Below, piece after piece: positions 17,933 to 27,785 of a stretch of DNA of 59,049 nt (positions are counted from its first letter, which is position 1; every line of letters begins with the position of its first letter). Source of the stretch: a virus. The stretch lies in the IMG/VR virus record IMGVR_UViG_3300020048_000003; one strand, written 5' to 3'. The notes beneath the pieces are model-generated. The model saw nothing but the letters and a program-made list of their open reading frames with translations, had not been told where the DNA came from and did no database searches. Position numbers and translations under genes: made by a program.

Positions 17933-18198
17933 AGGTTATATTTTATTGTATCTATTTCTAATTCAGTTAGTGATCTCAAATCTTCTTTATCAAACCACAT
18001 AGTCCATTCAGATTTTATAAATTGACCTGTAAATTGATCATTTTTATCTATTAAGATATATTGTTCTTTATATTTATCATAAGATCTACCAATTTCAGAC
18101 ACGGTATATATCTTATACAAATTCTTCTCATCACCGATTATTTTTACATAATCACCTTTTTTAAATTTATTATTTTCAAATAGTTTTATATATTTCAT
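17929..18198 (-). CDS. array cassette protein, mini-domain type
   Basis: N MKYIKLFENNKFKKGDYVKII / C EIDTIKYNL. Confidence 0.8.
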   Translation of the reverse strand: MKYIKLFENNKFKKGDYVKIIGDEKNLYKIYTVSEIGRSYDKYKEQYILIDKNDQFTGQFIKSEWTMWFDKEDLRSLTELEIDTIKYNL

Positions 18199-18512
18199 TA
18201 TAAGTTATATTTTATTGCATCTCTTTCTTCGTCTGATATTTTTTCTAATGCACCTTGTAATACCCATCCACTATTTTCTTCTTTTGTATCTATATTAAAT
18301 ATCCAATATCTATATTGTTCAGCGTTTTCATCAAAATAATTATCAGTTATTTCATAGATAGCTGTTAAATCTTTTTTTGTTCCTGATCTCATTAGATTAT
18401 TAAATCTCACCCAATCACCTAATTGAAATTTCATAGAACTTTTAAAAGGAGCGTGAGGTGTTATCCAGGTCTCTTCTTTATGATAGGTCTCATATTTTTT
18501 TAAATATTTCAT
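18198..18512 (-). CDS. array cassette protein, mini-domain type
   Basis: N MKYLKKYETY / C ERDAIKYNL. Confidence 0.8.
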   Translation of the reverse strand: MKYLKKYETYHKEETWITPHAPFKSSMKFQLGDWVRFNNLMRSGTKKDLTAIYEITDNYFDENAEQYRYWIFNIDTKEENSGWVLQGALEKISDEERDAIKYNL

Positions 18513-18805
18513 AAGTTATATATATTTGTTGTTGGACTTAATTTATGTATTGTTATATCCACATGCTCAGGATCTTTTGAAAATCTACGTGAACTCCATC
18601 TTGATTCTAATTCTGCTATTGTAATAATTGTATAATCTTTTATTCTATTATCAACATTACTAACCGTATAGGGCACACCAACTTCTATGTCTCTTTCATA
18701 ACCTCTATTATCAGTACAATAAACAATATCTCCTACTTCAAAGTGTTCAGATTCTTCAGGGAACCACTCATCTTCAAGTCTTTCAAATTTTTTAATATAT
18801 TTCAT
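18509..18805 (-). CDS. array cassette protein, mini-domain type
   Basis: N MKYIKKFERL...EVGDIVYC / C TTNIYNL. Confidence 0.8.
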   Translation of the reverse strand: MKYIKKFERLEDEWFPEESEHFEVGDIVYCTDNRGYERDIEVGVPYTVSNVDNRIKDYTIITIAELESRWSSRRFSKDPEHVDITIHKLSPTTNIYNL

Positions 18806-19245
18806 AAATTATAAATTTCTGCAATTTTTTTTGATTCAAGTTCTTGGATTGTTGGACCTTCTTCATATTCATAAATTCTAGTTTTTCTTTTAAAAGGTAA
18901 TAAACACCATTTATCATCATTTTTAAGTTTTACAAAAACACTATCACTTTTCCACTCTCCATCTAAAATTTTAATATTTTCGCAAACACCCAATTGTGGA
19001 CCTCCTTCAATATCATCAATATCCTCCATACGAGTATCCATAAAATAATAAGATTGAAAGGATATTTTTTTATTAAGTAGCATCTCATTACACAATTTTT
19101 CAAAATCAACATCATAATTTTTACAATCTATACTAAGGTCAGTAAATTGAAAAGATTTAAAAGGTAAATTAATCTCTGATATTTTTTTACCAATATCAGA
19201 TTTAAATGGTGGTCTATATCCTTCAAATGTTTTTATATATTTCAT
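18802..19245 (-). CDS. array cassette protein
   Basis: N MKYIKTFEGY / C KIAEIYNL. Confidence 0.8.
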   Translation of the reverse strand: MKYIKTFEGYRPPFKSDIGKKISEINLPFKSFQFTDLSIDCKNYDVDFEKLCNEMLLNKKISFQSYYFMDTRMEDIDDIEGGPQLGVCENIKILDGEWKSDSVFVKLKNDDKWCLLPFKRKTRIYEYEEGPTIQELESKKIAEIYNL

Positions 19246-19571
19246 AAATTATAATTATTTGCAGTAATCAAAAGATTTACTCTTTCAATAGCATCCTTTA
19301 ATATATCTGTTTGATAAATAACATTAGTTAATAATATTCCTGCTCCACACACAAAAGAACTTCCCATACCTCTTTTAATAATTTCAGTTCTGTCTTCAAA
19401 TTTACCATCTACATAATGAGCAACATCTCTTATGAGATATTCTTTATCTCTATGTTTTTTTTCAACTTTTTTAATAACTTCCCAAACATAAAAATCATCA
19501 TCATGATCATGTTCTATCACAAACCTTTTTGGCTCTTCTTCTTTATATTCGTATAATTTAAGATATTTCAT
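19242..19571 (-). CDS. array cassette protein
   Basis: N MKYLKLYEYKEEE / C ITANNYNL. Confidence 0.8.
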   Translation of the reverse strand: MKYLKLYEYKEEEPKRFVIEHDHDDDFYVWEVIKKVEKKHRDKEYLIRDVAHYVDGKFEDRTEIIKRGMGSSFVCGAGILLTNVIYQTDILKDAIERVNLLITANNYNL

Positions 19572-19942
19572 AAATTATATTTTTTTGCATTTATCAATGT
19601 TTGAACCATTTCTTTTGCATCTTTTAGAGAATCTGTCTCATAATAAAGATGATTATAATTTGGATTAAATATCCAATAACTATCTGCAACTCTACTTACT
19701 TCATCAAATGCAAAATCTTTCTTTTTCATTTCTTTACCATCAGTATCAAAGCATGCTATTTGTTTTATATCTATATCATAAATTAATTTATTTTGTCTAT
19801 CAACATATGGTTTTGAGATTTTATATGGAGAAATACGATAAATACTATATTTATATACTCTATTAATTTCATTTGCTAATACATATTTTTTATGATTAAC
19901 TTTGACCTTTTTTTTATATTCGTATAATTTAATATATTTCAT
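19568..19942 (-). CDS. array cassette protein
   Basis: N MKYIKLYEYKKK / C INAKKYNL. Confidence 0.8.
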   Translation of the reverse strand: MKYIKLYEYKKKVKVNHKKYVLANEINRVYKYSIYRISPYKISKPYVDRQNKLIYDIDIKQIACFDTDGKEMKKKDFAFDEVSRVADSYWIFNPNYNHLYYETDSLKDAKEMVQTLINAKKYNL

Positions 19943-20583
19943 TACATATTATATTTTTCTGCTTCTTTCTCAACTACTCTCATTGGAAATTCAACTTTTA
20001 TACTTCTCAATAATTCTTCTGCTTCTTCTTTATTAAATCTAATGCTATTATAAGAATAAAACTCATCTTGTGTATTTCGTTTAAGTCCCATTTCTTTCAT
20101 TTTATCAGAATAGATTTGTAATCTAGAATAAGTACTTAGTTTTTGAAAAACTCCATCATAATATAAATATATGCTTGGAATAATAACTCTAAGAGGATCT
20201 TCTCCTTCTTCATACTTTACTTTAATATTATCATCTTTCACTATATTAAATTTTGGTATTTTACCATTAAGTAAAGTTTTATAATCAAAAAATTTATTAA
20301 GATTATAACTTAATCTTTTACCTAATTTTTTTTTATCTTTTTCTACTTCTTCTGCATTTTTTATTACATCATCAATTGTTTTGCCCCAACATTTAATATC
20401 TTTTAAAAATAATTTCATTGTAAGATTACCCAGTTGAACTTCAATCATTATTTCAGGTTCATAATCATGAACAAATCTTTTAACTACTGCTATTCTTCTA
20501 AAATAAGCGTATGTGTTTATCATTACATAATCGCCAATTTGTGGCATATCAGTCATTTCTTCAAATAATTTTATATATCTCAT
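19942..20583 (-). CDS. array cassette protein (213 aa)
   Basis: N MRYIKLFEEMT / C KEAEKYNM. Confidence 0.8.
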   Translation of the reverse strand: MRYIKLFEEMTDMPQIGDYVMINTYAYFRRIAVVKRFVHDYEPEIMIEVQLGNLTMKLFLKDIKCWGKTIDDVIKNAEEVEKDKKKLGKRLSYNLNKFFDYKTLLNGKIPKFNIVKDDNIKVKYEEGEDPLRVIIPSIYLYYDGVFQKLSTYSRLQIYSDKMKEMGLKRNTQDEFYSYNSIRFNKEEAEELLRSIKVEFPMRVVEKEAEKYNM

Positions 20584-20858
20584 ATGTTATATTTTTCTGC
20601 TTCTTTTCTTAATTCCATATCTTTTATAAAATCTAAATGATTATTAACTAAATCTATTAATATTTGGTCTTTCTGTTTTTTAGCAAATCTTAAAACTTTT
20701 ATCAATCCAGTTCTACTAAATCCATGACCATGTCTTCCTGTTATTTTTTTTTCATTTGGATATTTCTCAATAAGATAACTTTTTATAGGTGCCTCACTTT
20801 TAATTAATTCAACAACATCAGCATATGTATATTCTTCAAATAATTTAATATATCTCAT
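20580..20858 (-). CDS. array cassette protein
   Basis: N MRYIKLFEEYT / C KEAEKYNI; followed by 44-nt gap. Confidence 0.8.
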   Translation of the reverse strand: MRYIKLFEEYTYADVVELIKSEAPIKSYLIEKYPNEKKITGRHGHGFSRTGLIKVLRFAKKQKDQILIDLVNNHLDFIKDMELRKEAEKYNI

Positions 20859-20902
20859 AGAGATTATATATAAAATAAATAAAATAAAAACTTGAAAAGG
20901 AA

Positions 20903-21418
20903 TTAGAGATTGTATTTATGAGCCATTTTATTTAATTCAAATTGCTCAGGTGTTATATCTCTTGGCTTATAGAATTCTTCATAAGATTCTAAATCATCGT
21001 AGAATAGCTGATATCTTCCCCCACGTACTCTTGGTTTATCCATTGTGGATAAAATTGCAATATCATTTTCTAAGTCAGTTATATCAATACTGATAATACC
21101 ATCTGTAAATATTAATACAGGACCTTTTAATTTTTGATCTATAATATAATTTATTGCTTCTTGCATTCCATCTCCACCTCCGCCTCTAATGGTTTTTCCA
21201 TTGATAATTTCTTTAATCAATTTATCTAATGTCATTTTTTTATCAATAAAACTAATTTCATGATCACAGAAAATACAAGTAAATTTATCAGCAAGATAAA
21301 AATTTGTAATTGTTATACATCTTTTTAAATCATATATAAATGAACCTGATGTATCTACAATGAATATTTTGTTTTTAACATCTTCATTTGTTTCTTCAAA
21401 TAATTTTATATATCTCAT
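20903..21418 (-). CDS. array cassette protein with vWA-like domain (MIDAS DxSGS)
   Basis: N MRYIKLFEETN / C MAHKYNL; IFIVDTSGSF ... GGGGDGMQEAINY ... LIFTDG fit von Willebrand A MIDAS pattern. Confidence 0.75.
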   Translation of the reverse strand: MRYIKLFEETNEDVKNKIFIVDTSGSFIYDLKRCITITNFYLADKFTCIFCDHEISFIDKKMTLDKLIKEIINGKTIRGGGGDGMQEAINYIIDQKLKGPVLIFTDGIISIDITDLENDIAILSTMDKPRVRGGRYQLFYDDLESYEEFYKPRDITPEQFELNKMAHKYNL

Positions 21419-21789
21419 AAGTTATATTTTTTTACTGCAACAATTTCTGGATAATTATCATCAATCCATTTTATGGTTTTTTTATATCCACCTTCATATT
21501 TTTGTTTGGCTAAACATAAATCATAAAAATCTATCATTTCTTTAGTTCCGCTTATATGATGTAATGCTTTATAATGTGTATCAGCACCAGCATCTATTAA
21601 CATTTTCATAATTTCTGTATTCTGTAAATAAGCAGCCCACATTAACGCTGACCATTTGTAAGGATTATCAGTACAATTCGGATCATGACCATGATCTAAC
21701 ATTAATTTAACATATGATGGTTTTTCTGCTTTAACTGCTATAATTAAATCAGGTGAACCTATTTCTTCAAATAATTTTAAATGTTTCAT
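21415..21789 (-). CDS. array cassette protein, ankyrin-repeat
   Basis: N MKHLKLFEEIG / C AVKKYNL; SALMWAAYLQNTEIMKMLIDAGADTHYK. Confidence 0.8.
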   Translation of the reverse strand: MKHLKLFEEIGSPDLIIAVKAEKPSYVKLMLDHGHDPNCTDNPYKWSALMWAAYLQNTEIMKMLIDAGADTHYKALHHISGTKEMIDFYDLCLAKQKYEGGYKKTIKWIDDNYPEIVAVKKYNL

Positions 21790-22064
21790 AAATTATAATT
21801 TTTTACTTCCCACTCAAGTTCTGGTATAAAATAATTTGCATAAAACCATTTTTCTTTTCCATCAATACTTTTTATAATAATATTTTTTCTAAAATATGTA
21901 AGTTTAATTAAATATCCACTAGTACTTATTTCTTTAACTCTATATTTTCCACCAAATTTTATACCATCTATTTTAAGTGATTTTGTGTTATCTACACAAA
22001 TAACAACATCACCAACTTTAAAATCACCAATTTCAAATCTTTCAAATGTTTTTAAATTTTTCAT
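21786..22064 (-). CDS. array cassette protein, mini-domain type
   Basis: N MKNLKTFERFE...KVGDVVICV / C EVKNYNL. Confidence 0.8.
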   Translation of the reverse strand: MKNLKTFERFEIGDFKVGDVVICVDNTKSLKIDGIKFGGKYRVKEISTSGYLIKLTYFRKNIIIKSIDGKEKWFYANYFIPELEWEVKNYNL

Positions 22065-22309
22065 AAGTTATATTTTATTGCATCTATTTCGTGTTCAGGT
22101 ACTAATTTTAATTCTTTATCTAAGAAAAATCCCATATATCCTTTTTTTAAGTCTATTGGTTCTAACCAACAATGAGTATCACCTCTTGATGTAATCTTAT
22201 GAATATAGTGATTTTTCATAGGTCCCCTATTAATTCTCACATAATCACCAATACTAAATTTGAATCCGACTTTTCTTTTAAATTTTCTGCTTTCAATTAT
22301 ATATTTCAT
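22061..22309 (-). CDS. array cassette protein, mini-domain type (degenerate N-tag)
   Basis: N MKYIIESRKFK...SIGDYVRI / C VPEHEIDAIKYNL. Confidence 0.75.
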   Translation of the reverse strand: MKYIIESRKFKRKVGFKFSIGDYVRINRGPMKNHYIHKITSRGDTHCWLEPIDLKKGYMGFFLDKELKLVPEHEIDAIKYNL

Positions 22310-22311
22310 TT

Positions 22312-22713
22312 TTATAAATTATATTTCATTGCATCTATTTCGTGATCAGGTACTGGTGATAAATCTTTTTCTTTTATCCAATATGAATCTTGAGGATCAT
22401 TTATGTTTGTTATACTATAATGTCCAGAATAAGGACCACTTTTTATTCTGTTAGGAATTAAGAATGGTAAAGTTCTCAAATCAATACCATCTACAATAAA
22501 TATTGAATTATCTTCTTGCCGAGGATGATAAAAATAATCTACTGATGGTCTAACATAATCACCTATTTTAAATTTGAAATTTCTTAATAATTCTATTTCT
22601 CTTTTTGTTGGTTTAAAAGTTAATCCATTATCATTATCAATTTTAGATATGATTCTAAGATTTCTTAGTTTATTTGCTTCTTCTTGTGTTATAAATGCTT
22701 CGTATGTTTTCAT
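22312..22713 (-). CDS. array cassette protein (MKTYEAFI N-variant)
   Basis: N MKTYEAFITQEE / C VPDHEIDAMKYNL. Confidence 0.8.
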   Translation of the reverse strand: MKTYEAFITQEEANKLRNLRIISKIDNDNGLTFKPTKREIELLRNFKFKIGDYVRPSVDYFYHPRQEDNSIFIVDGIDLRTLPFLIPNRIKSGPYSGHYSITNINDPQDSYWIKEKDLSPVPDHEIDAMKYNL

Positions 22714-23102
22714 AAATTATACTTTTTTGCCATTACAAATTCTGGATATTCTTTTTCAATCCAATCTTTTACACCATTTATAAATTTAAATCTATTAACA
22801 GCAACATCATAAAAATCTTCACCTTTATCATTTTTATGTTGAATATTAGCATCTTGTTTTATTAATTCTTTTACCATTCTTAATCTGCCATTACTTGATG
22901 CAATCAACAATGCTGTATTACCTTCTCTATCAACATCTTCTATATTAAATGTGGGTAATAATCTTTTGAATGCTGAATATTCATTGTTAAAAATTGCTAC
23001 CATTAATTTATTATAATTATTTCTCAAAAATTTCAAATCTTCAGCAAACGCAGCCGACATACTTGCTCCACCAAACACTTCATATTTTTTTATATATTTC
23101 AT
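22710..23102 (-). CDS. array cassette protein, ankyrin-repeat
   Basis: N MKYIKKYEVF / C MAKKYNL; GNTALLIASSNGRLRMVKELIKQDANIQHKN. Confidence 0.8.
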   Translation of the reverse strand: MKYIKKYEVFGGASMSAAFAEDLKFLRNNYNKLMVAIFNNEYSAFKRLLPTFNIEDVDREGNTALLIASSNGRLRMVKELIKQDANIQHKNDKGEDFYDVAVNRFKFINGVKDWIEKEYPEFVMAKKYNL

Positions 23103-23491
23103 AAGTTATATTTATTTACATCTCCTATAAAAGTGTCAAGAACCAATTCACCATTTTCAAGTCTTATTTCACCTTTAAGTTTATAAGCGTTTGCTCTATT
23201 AATATCATTAATAAATCTAATTTTTTGTTTTTCATCTCTTATTATTGAATATGAGAATCCGCGAGCATAATATAAAATAATACCTAGATATAATGGATAA
23301 TTTTTAATTAAATGATAATCAGAAAACATTCTAAATTTAATTCTACTTAATTCATTTTTTAAATCTTCATCTCTCATTGATATTGACATATGCAATAACA
23401 CTTTAGTTATATCATCTAAACTACCATAAATCATCCATGCAGAACCGAATTCTACTGGTATATAACTTTCATATGTTTTTATATATTTCAT
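23099..23491 (-). CDS. array cassette protein
   Basis: N MKYIKTYESY / C DVNKYNL. Confidence 0.8.
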   Translation of the reverse strand: MKYIKTYESYIPVEFGSAWMIYGSLDDITKVLLHMSISMRDEDLKNELSRIKFRMFSDYHLIKNYPLYLGIILYYARGFSYSIIRDEKQKIRFINDINRANAYKLKGEIRLENGELVLDTFIGDVNKYNL

Positions 23492-23799
23492 ATATTATAT
23501 TTTTTTGCATCTCTTTCAATTTTCCATTTTTCAAATTCTTCAGGAGTTATAACACTAAAACCTACATCTGGTCTAAAAAACGTTTCTTTTCCTTTATCTC
23601 CGTTATCTCCTTGATCAAATATAAGTCCATTAACATTTCCATCATCATCTATTCTACCAATTCTTAAACAAAAAATTTCGTCTGGTTTTATTTCAAGAAC
23701 CTTAAATATATTAACATCATAATTATCATATTTAAGTAAGTCTCCTACTTTAAAATCTTTAAATGTTTTATATTTTCTTCTTGATATTATATTTTTCAT
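23488..23799 (-). CDS. array cassette protein, mini-domain type (decayed upstream junction)
   Basis: N MKNIISRRKY...KVGDLLKY / C RDAKKYNI; upstream junction reads AATCTCTGAAAGAAT-ATG. Confidence 0.75.
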   Translation of the reverse strand: MKNIISRRKYKTFKDFKVGDLLKYDNYDVNIFKVLEIKPDEIFCLRIGRIDDDGNVNGLIFDQGDNGDKGKETFFRPDVGFSVITPEEFEKWKIERDAKKYNI

Positions 23800-23805
23800 A
23801 TTCTT

Positions 23806-24150
23806 TCAGAGATTATATTTATTTGCTTGTATTTTCAATTCAAATTCCTCAATTTCTTCTGGTGTTAAATATTCAACTCTTGTTTTATTCTTTAAACCTG
23901 TTGCTTTAACTTGTCCATCTTCACATAAAATATAAAAAAAATATTCTATACCTTTTGTGGTTTCATAAAATTCTTTTTTTAATATTTTTCCTTCATCATA
24001 AGTAGACGTTATTTCTTTATCTCTAAAATACGTATTGCTGATTTTTTTAGACACAGAAGAAAAAGAAATATAATCACCTACTTTTAATTGTTGAAGTGAT
24101 ACTCCTTTATTTCCAAATAAATCATTAAAAAATCCTTCGTATGTTTTCAT
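23806..24150 (-). CDS. array cassette protein (MKTYEGFF N-variant)
   Basis: N MKTYEGFFNDLFG / C TPEEIEEFELKIQANKYNL. Confidence 0.8.
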   Translation of the reverse strand: MKTYEGFFNDLFGNKGVSLQQLKVGDYISFSSVSKKISNTYFRDKEITSTYDEGKILKKEFYETTKGIEYFFYILCEDGQVKATGLKNKTRVEYLTPEEIEEFELKIQANKYNL

Positions 24151-24458
24151 AAGTTATATTTATTTATATTTTTATAATATTCAGGATCTTTTAGAAATTT
24201 TATAATTCTATTATATTCATCAACATCAATATCTCTTGCATAAGATTGATCCGTATCATTTTCATTTAACTCAATTTCTAATGGGTATGTTTTACCATGA
24301 CTTGTAGGAGGATTTAATCTTAAATCTACAACGGTTATATCTCCTTGGTCATCTAAAATAAAAAACTCATGTAGTAAATCATACATTTTTTCTTTTTCTT
24401 TTAAGAATTCAATTAATGAATTAGATTCTAAATTTTCGTATATTTTCTTTATTTTCAT
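24147..24458 (-). CDS. array cassette protein
   Basis: N MKIKKIYENL / C NINKYNL. Confidence 0.8.
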   Translation of the reverse strand: MKIKKIYENLESNSLIEFLKEKEKMYDLLHEFFILDDQGDITVVDLRLNPPTSHGKTYPLEIELNENDTDQSYARDIDVDEYNRIIKFLKDPEYYKNINKYNL

Positions 24459-24937
24459 AAATTATATTTATTTGCATTTATATATAAATCAAAATTTTCA
24501 AGAGTTAATTCTTTTATAACATCATCAAGTTTATCCAACGGTAGTTTCAAAGAAGGTGTAGGTATAAAAGTTTGTTGTAGTGGTGATAAATTTTGTTGAG
24601 GTAAAAATGATAAAACCTGTTCTAAAAAAATTAATATTTTATCTAAATCTTCTGCTTTATTTTTAAATAGTACAATGTGAACTTTATCAGTATTAGTTCC
24701 ATATAATTGTATAAAATTTATAGTACTCCCTAAATCATAAGGGTAAGCAAAAAATGTTAAAATAGGTGGATTTTTTTTATCATTTGGATACCAAATATCA
24801 GTTGTAATTTGCCATTTTTCTTTTAGAATAGACTTAATAAAATTGGTTAAAACATCACCCAATTCAATAATTTTTGGATCTAATTTCCTTCTTCTCGTAT
24901 AAAGATTACTTATTATAAATTTTTCGTATGTTTTCAT
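24455..24937 (-). CDS. array cassette protein (MKTYEKFI N-variant)
   Basis: N MKTYEKFIISNL / C INANKYNL. Confidence 0.8.
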   Translation of the reverse strand: MKTYEKFIISNLYTRRRKLDPKIIELGDVLTNFIKSILKEKWQITTDIWYPNDKKNPPILTFFAYPYDLGSTINFIQLYGTNTDKVHIVLFKNKAEDLDKILIFLEQVLSFLPQQNLSPLQQTFIPTPSLKLPLDKLDDVIKELTLENFDLYINANKYNL

Positions 24938-25551
24938 AAATTGTATTTCTTCATATCATTTTTTAATTCCCAATCTTTTTTCATTTCAGGAAATTCATTA
25001 TCTAAAGTATCTAATATTAAATTTAACCATAAGATGTATTGATTTGTGTTTGTACTTTTAATTTTTTCTTTTTCTTGATAATCTTTAAGAATGCCATAAA
25101 AAGTTAAATGTTCATTATTTTCAATATATACATCTAATCCTTTTTCTAGAAATTTTCTTAACAATAATATCATTTCAAACGGACTCCAATGAGACCAATA
25201 TTTAATAAATTCCATTATTGCAGTATCACCTTCGTTATTTTGAATATTTACATCTATACCTGCGTCTAATAATTTATTTATTATACTTGGAGTAGAAGCC
25301 ATAAATAAAGCACTTCTTTTATTGAAATCTTGTAAATTAACATCAGCACCAGCTTTTATTAAAATATCAACCACCATTAAAAATTTGTATAGTGATGCGT
25401 ACATTAAAGCAGTTTTTTGTTCACCGTCTTGCATATTTATATCCACACCATTTTTGATAATTTCCCTTATTTTACTGCTACTACCCCTTTTAGCAGCTTG
25501 TATAAATGGATCAATAGTTTTCGCTCTTTCAAATGTTTTTATGTACTTCAT
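24934..25551 (-). CDS. array cassette protein, ankyrin-repeat (205 aa, at least 3 repeats)
   Basis: N MKYIKTFERA / C DMKKYNL; DGEQKTALMYASLYKFLMVVDILIKAGADVNLQDFNKRSALFMAS. Confidence 0.85.
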   Translation of the reverse strand: MKYIKTFERAKTIDPFIQAAKRGSSSKIREIIKNGVDINMQDGEQKTALMYASLYKFLMVVDILIKAGADVNLQDFNKRSALFMASTPSIINKLLDAGIDVNIQNNEGDTAIMEFIKYWSHWSPFEMILLLRKFLEKGLDVYIENNEHLTFYGILKDYQEKEKIKSTNTNQYILWLNLILDTLDNEFPEMKKDWELKNDMKKYNL

Positions 25552-25552
25552 T

Positions 25553-25813
25553 TTATAAATTATATTTTATTGCATCTAATTCCCAAGGTTCTAACTTACG
25601 AAGGTATTCAGTACCACACCACAATACATCATCATCATCAACTATCTTTATATATAATTGGTACATATTAGGTATATCTATAACATCTAAAACTTGTGCC
25701 AATTCAGGTTTATCAAATAATTGATCACCAAAAACTCTTTCTTTATTGATATACATCACATATTCACCAATTTTATACATATCTCTATTTTCAAATAATT
25801 TAATATACTTCAT
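25553..25813 (-). CDS. array cassette protein, mini-domain type
   Basis: N MKYIKLFENRD...KIGEYVMY / C ELDAIKYNL. Confidence 0.8.
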   Translation of the reverse strand: MKYIKLFENRDMYKIGEYVMYINKERVFGDQLFDKPELAQVLDVIDIPNMYQLYIKIVDDDDVLWCGTEYLRKLEPWELDAIKYNL

Positions 25814-26205
25814 TATAAATTATATTTTTCTGCACTTATCATCATTTCTAACTCACTCTTTGTCTTTGATATATGTTTAATATTTTCATTTGATATCCAT
25901 ACAAAGCATCCATCACTATAAGAATTTTTATTGTTTTGCCAACCATAAAAATTTCGTCTCAAATCTTCTGGTACATTTTTGAATGATATTCTTATATTAG
26001 GAGTATCTTGACCTAGTCCATCTTTTACAAAACCATATTCTATTCTAGTTATTTTACCTATATTATTTTTAAAAAAATCTTCCATACTTGGTGGTTGATA
26101 AGGCTCCATATGAGGTGAATTCATACTTCCTTTTTTTGTGGTACAAATAACAAAATCTCCTTCTGTTGGATTTAATTTACTTTCAAATTGTTTAATATAT
26201 TTCAT
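25813..26205 (-). CDS. array cassette protein
   Basis: N MKYIKQFESK / C MISAEKYNL. Confidence 0.8.
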   Translation of the reverse strand: MKYIKQFESKLNPTEGDFVICTTKKGSMNSPHMEPYQPPSMEDFFKNNIGKITRIEYGFVKDGLGQDTPNIRISFKNVPEDLRRNFYGWQNNKNSYSDGCFVWISNENIKHISKTKSELEMMISAEKYNL

Positions 26206-26516
26206 AAGTTATAACTTTTTATTGCTTTTTCATAATCATATTGATCTTTGTTAATTAATGTATATGAAGGTAATTGAAATCTATCATCACCATAATCAAT
26301 AATTGCAAAAAAATCATCTTTACAATATTTCATTTTACCAATACGACCTGTAAATTTTTTTATTCTTTCTGCTTTATCCGGTAAATCTTTTGTTGACCAA
26401 AAACTTTTAGTGATAAAATCAATAGAATCTACATACTCATCACGAATAACAACGTCTTTATCAGGATTAATTTTGTATAATTCTTTAAATGTTTCAAATT
26501 GTTTAATATATCTCAT
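26202..26516 (-). CDS. array cassette protein
   Basis: N MRYIKQFETF / C KAIKSYNL. Confidence 0.8.
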   Translation of the reverse strand: MRYIKQFETFKELYKINPDKDVVIRDEYVDSIDFITKSFWSTKDLPDKAERIKKFTGRIGKMKYCKDDFFAIIDYGDDRFQLPSYTLINKDQYDYEKAIKSYNL

Positions 26517-26517
26517 T

Positions 26518-26811
26518 TTATAAATTATATTTTATTGCATCCATTTCAAGTCTCTCATCACCATATAAATGTCTAATTTGCATAGAATGAACCCAACCAT
26601 AATTTTCCTTATCTTTTTCATAATATAAGAAATATCCATTTGTATCACTATATCGTTTATCTCCATGATATCTTCCTTTATCTATTTTTTTTATTTTAAA
26701 AATCATATCAGTAAAACGATATGGATCACCATTTGCCATTTTTATTTTTTTGACAAGATCTCCAATTCTATATTCTTCACCTTCAACTTCAAATAATTTT
26801 ATATATTTCAT
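26518..26811 (-). CDS. array cassette protein, mini-domain type
   Basis: N MKYIKLFEVEG...RIGDLVKK / C EMDAIKYNL. Confidence 0.8.
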   Translation of the reverse strand: MKYIKLFEVEGEEYRIGDLVKKIKMANGDPYRFTDMIFKIKKIDKGRYHGDKRYSDTNGYFLYYEKDKENYGWVHSMQIRHLYGDERLEMDAIKYNL

Positions 26812-27092
26812 AAATTATATTTATTTGCATCTACTTCAAAATCTTCAACTTTAACTTTTCCTTTATATGTATATTTATGTTCTTTATACCAATCCTGACT
26901 ATTTTTTGTAAAAGTTGCCCAACCAAATCCATCACCATCAAATTGAACATAGGCAAATTCTCTATCTTTTCTAATCCTCATAAAAGGAACCCATATTTTT
27001 ATTTTAAATTCTGGTACTCCTAATTTTTCTAATGATACAGAAAGATAAGGTTCATCTGTTCTAACTACCCAATATTTACCTTCTGTTTCCAT
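26808..27092 (-). CDS. array cassette protein (atypical N-terminus METEGKYW)
   Basis: C EVDANKYNL; ATGA overlap downstream. Confidence 0.75.
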   Translation of the reverse strand: METEGKYWVVRTDEPYLSVSLEKLGVPEFKIKIWVPFMRIRKDREFAYVQFDGDGFGWATFTKNSQDWYKEHKYTYKGKVKVEDFEVDANKYNL

Positions 27093-27529
27093 TATAGATT
27101 GTATTTATTTATATTTATTGAAAAATCAATTTTATCATGTATTTGTTTATCTGTATATTCGGGATGTTTTGACTTTACAAGAATATATAGAAATGATTCT
27201 AAATTATAATCCAAAACAATAGAATTTCTGGAAGTATCAAATCTAAATTTAATATTATTTTGTTTTAAATATTTTTTCATTTTTTTGTATGCTTTAGACA
27301 TCATTTCATTTTCAAAATAAAAATAATAACTACAATAAAATGCTTCTTTTGGATTATGATTGAAAACCCAATTAGATGTAAGCCATTGATCATAACCATC
27401 TTTTTTTTGTTCTAATCCAATTAAATTTTCAAGATAAGTTGCAACTTTTCGTACATCATCATGTCCTATTTCTAATATATTCATATTATTTATATCAATG
27501 CCCTCAAAAATTTTAAAATTGGTTATCAT
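27092..27529 (-). CDS. array cassette protein (MITNFKIFE N-variant)
   Basis: N MITNFKIFEGID / C NINKYNL. Confidence 0.8.
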   Translation of the reverse strand: MITNFKIFEGIDINNMNILEIGHDDVRKVATYLENLIGLEQKKDGYDQWLTSNWVFNHNPKEAFYCSYYFYFENEMMSKAYKKMKKYLKQNNIKFRFDTSRNSIVLDYNLESFLYILVKSKHPEYTDKQIHDKIDFSININKYNL

Positions 27530-27783
27530 AAATTATATTTTTTTGCATCATTTCTCATATTCCATTCTTCTTCTGTTATAAAAAGATATTTTGGAAAAAA
27601 TTGTGATATGATTAAGCCAGATGATAAATTTCTAATTTCAATTTTACCACTTGGTGATATATTATTGATTTTATATTTGCTATTTTTATAAACACAATTA
27701 TTTACTGAACAGAAAGTTTCTATACAGACAACAATATCTCCTTTCTTCCACATATTTTTGAAACTCTCAAACGTCTTTATCAT
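27526..27783 (-). CDS. array cassette protein, mini-domain type
   Basis: N MIKTFESFKN...KKGDIVVCI / C NDAKKYNL. Confidence 0.8.
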   Translation of the reverse strand: MIKTFESFKNMWKKGDIVVCIETFCSVNNCVYKNSKYKINNISPSGKIEIRNLSSGLIISQFFPKYLFITEEEWNMRNDAKKYNL

Positions 27784-27785
27784 AA

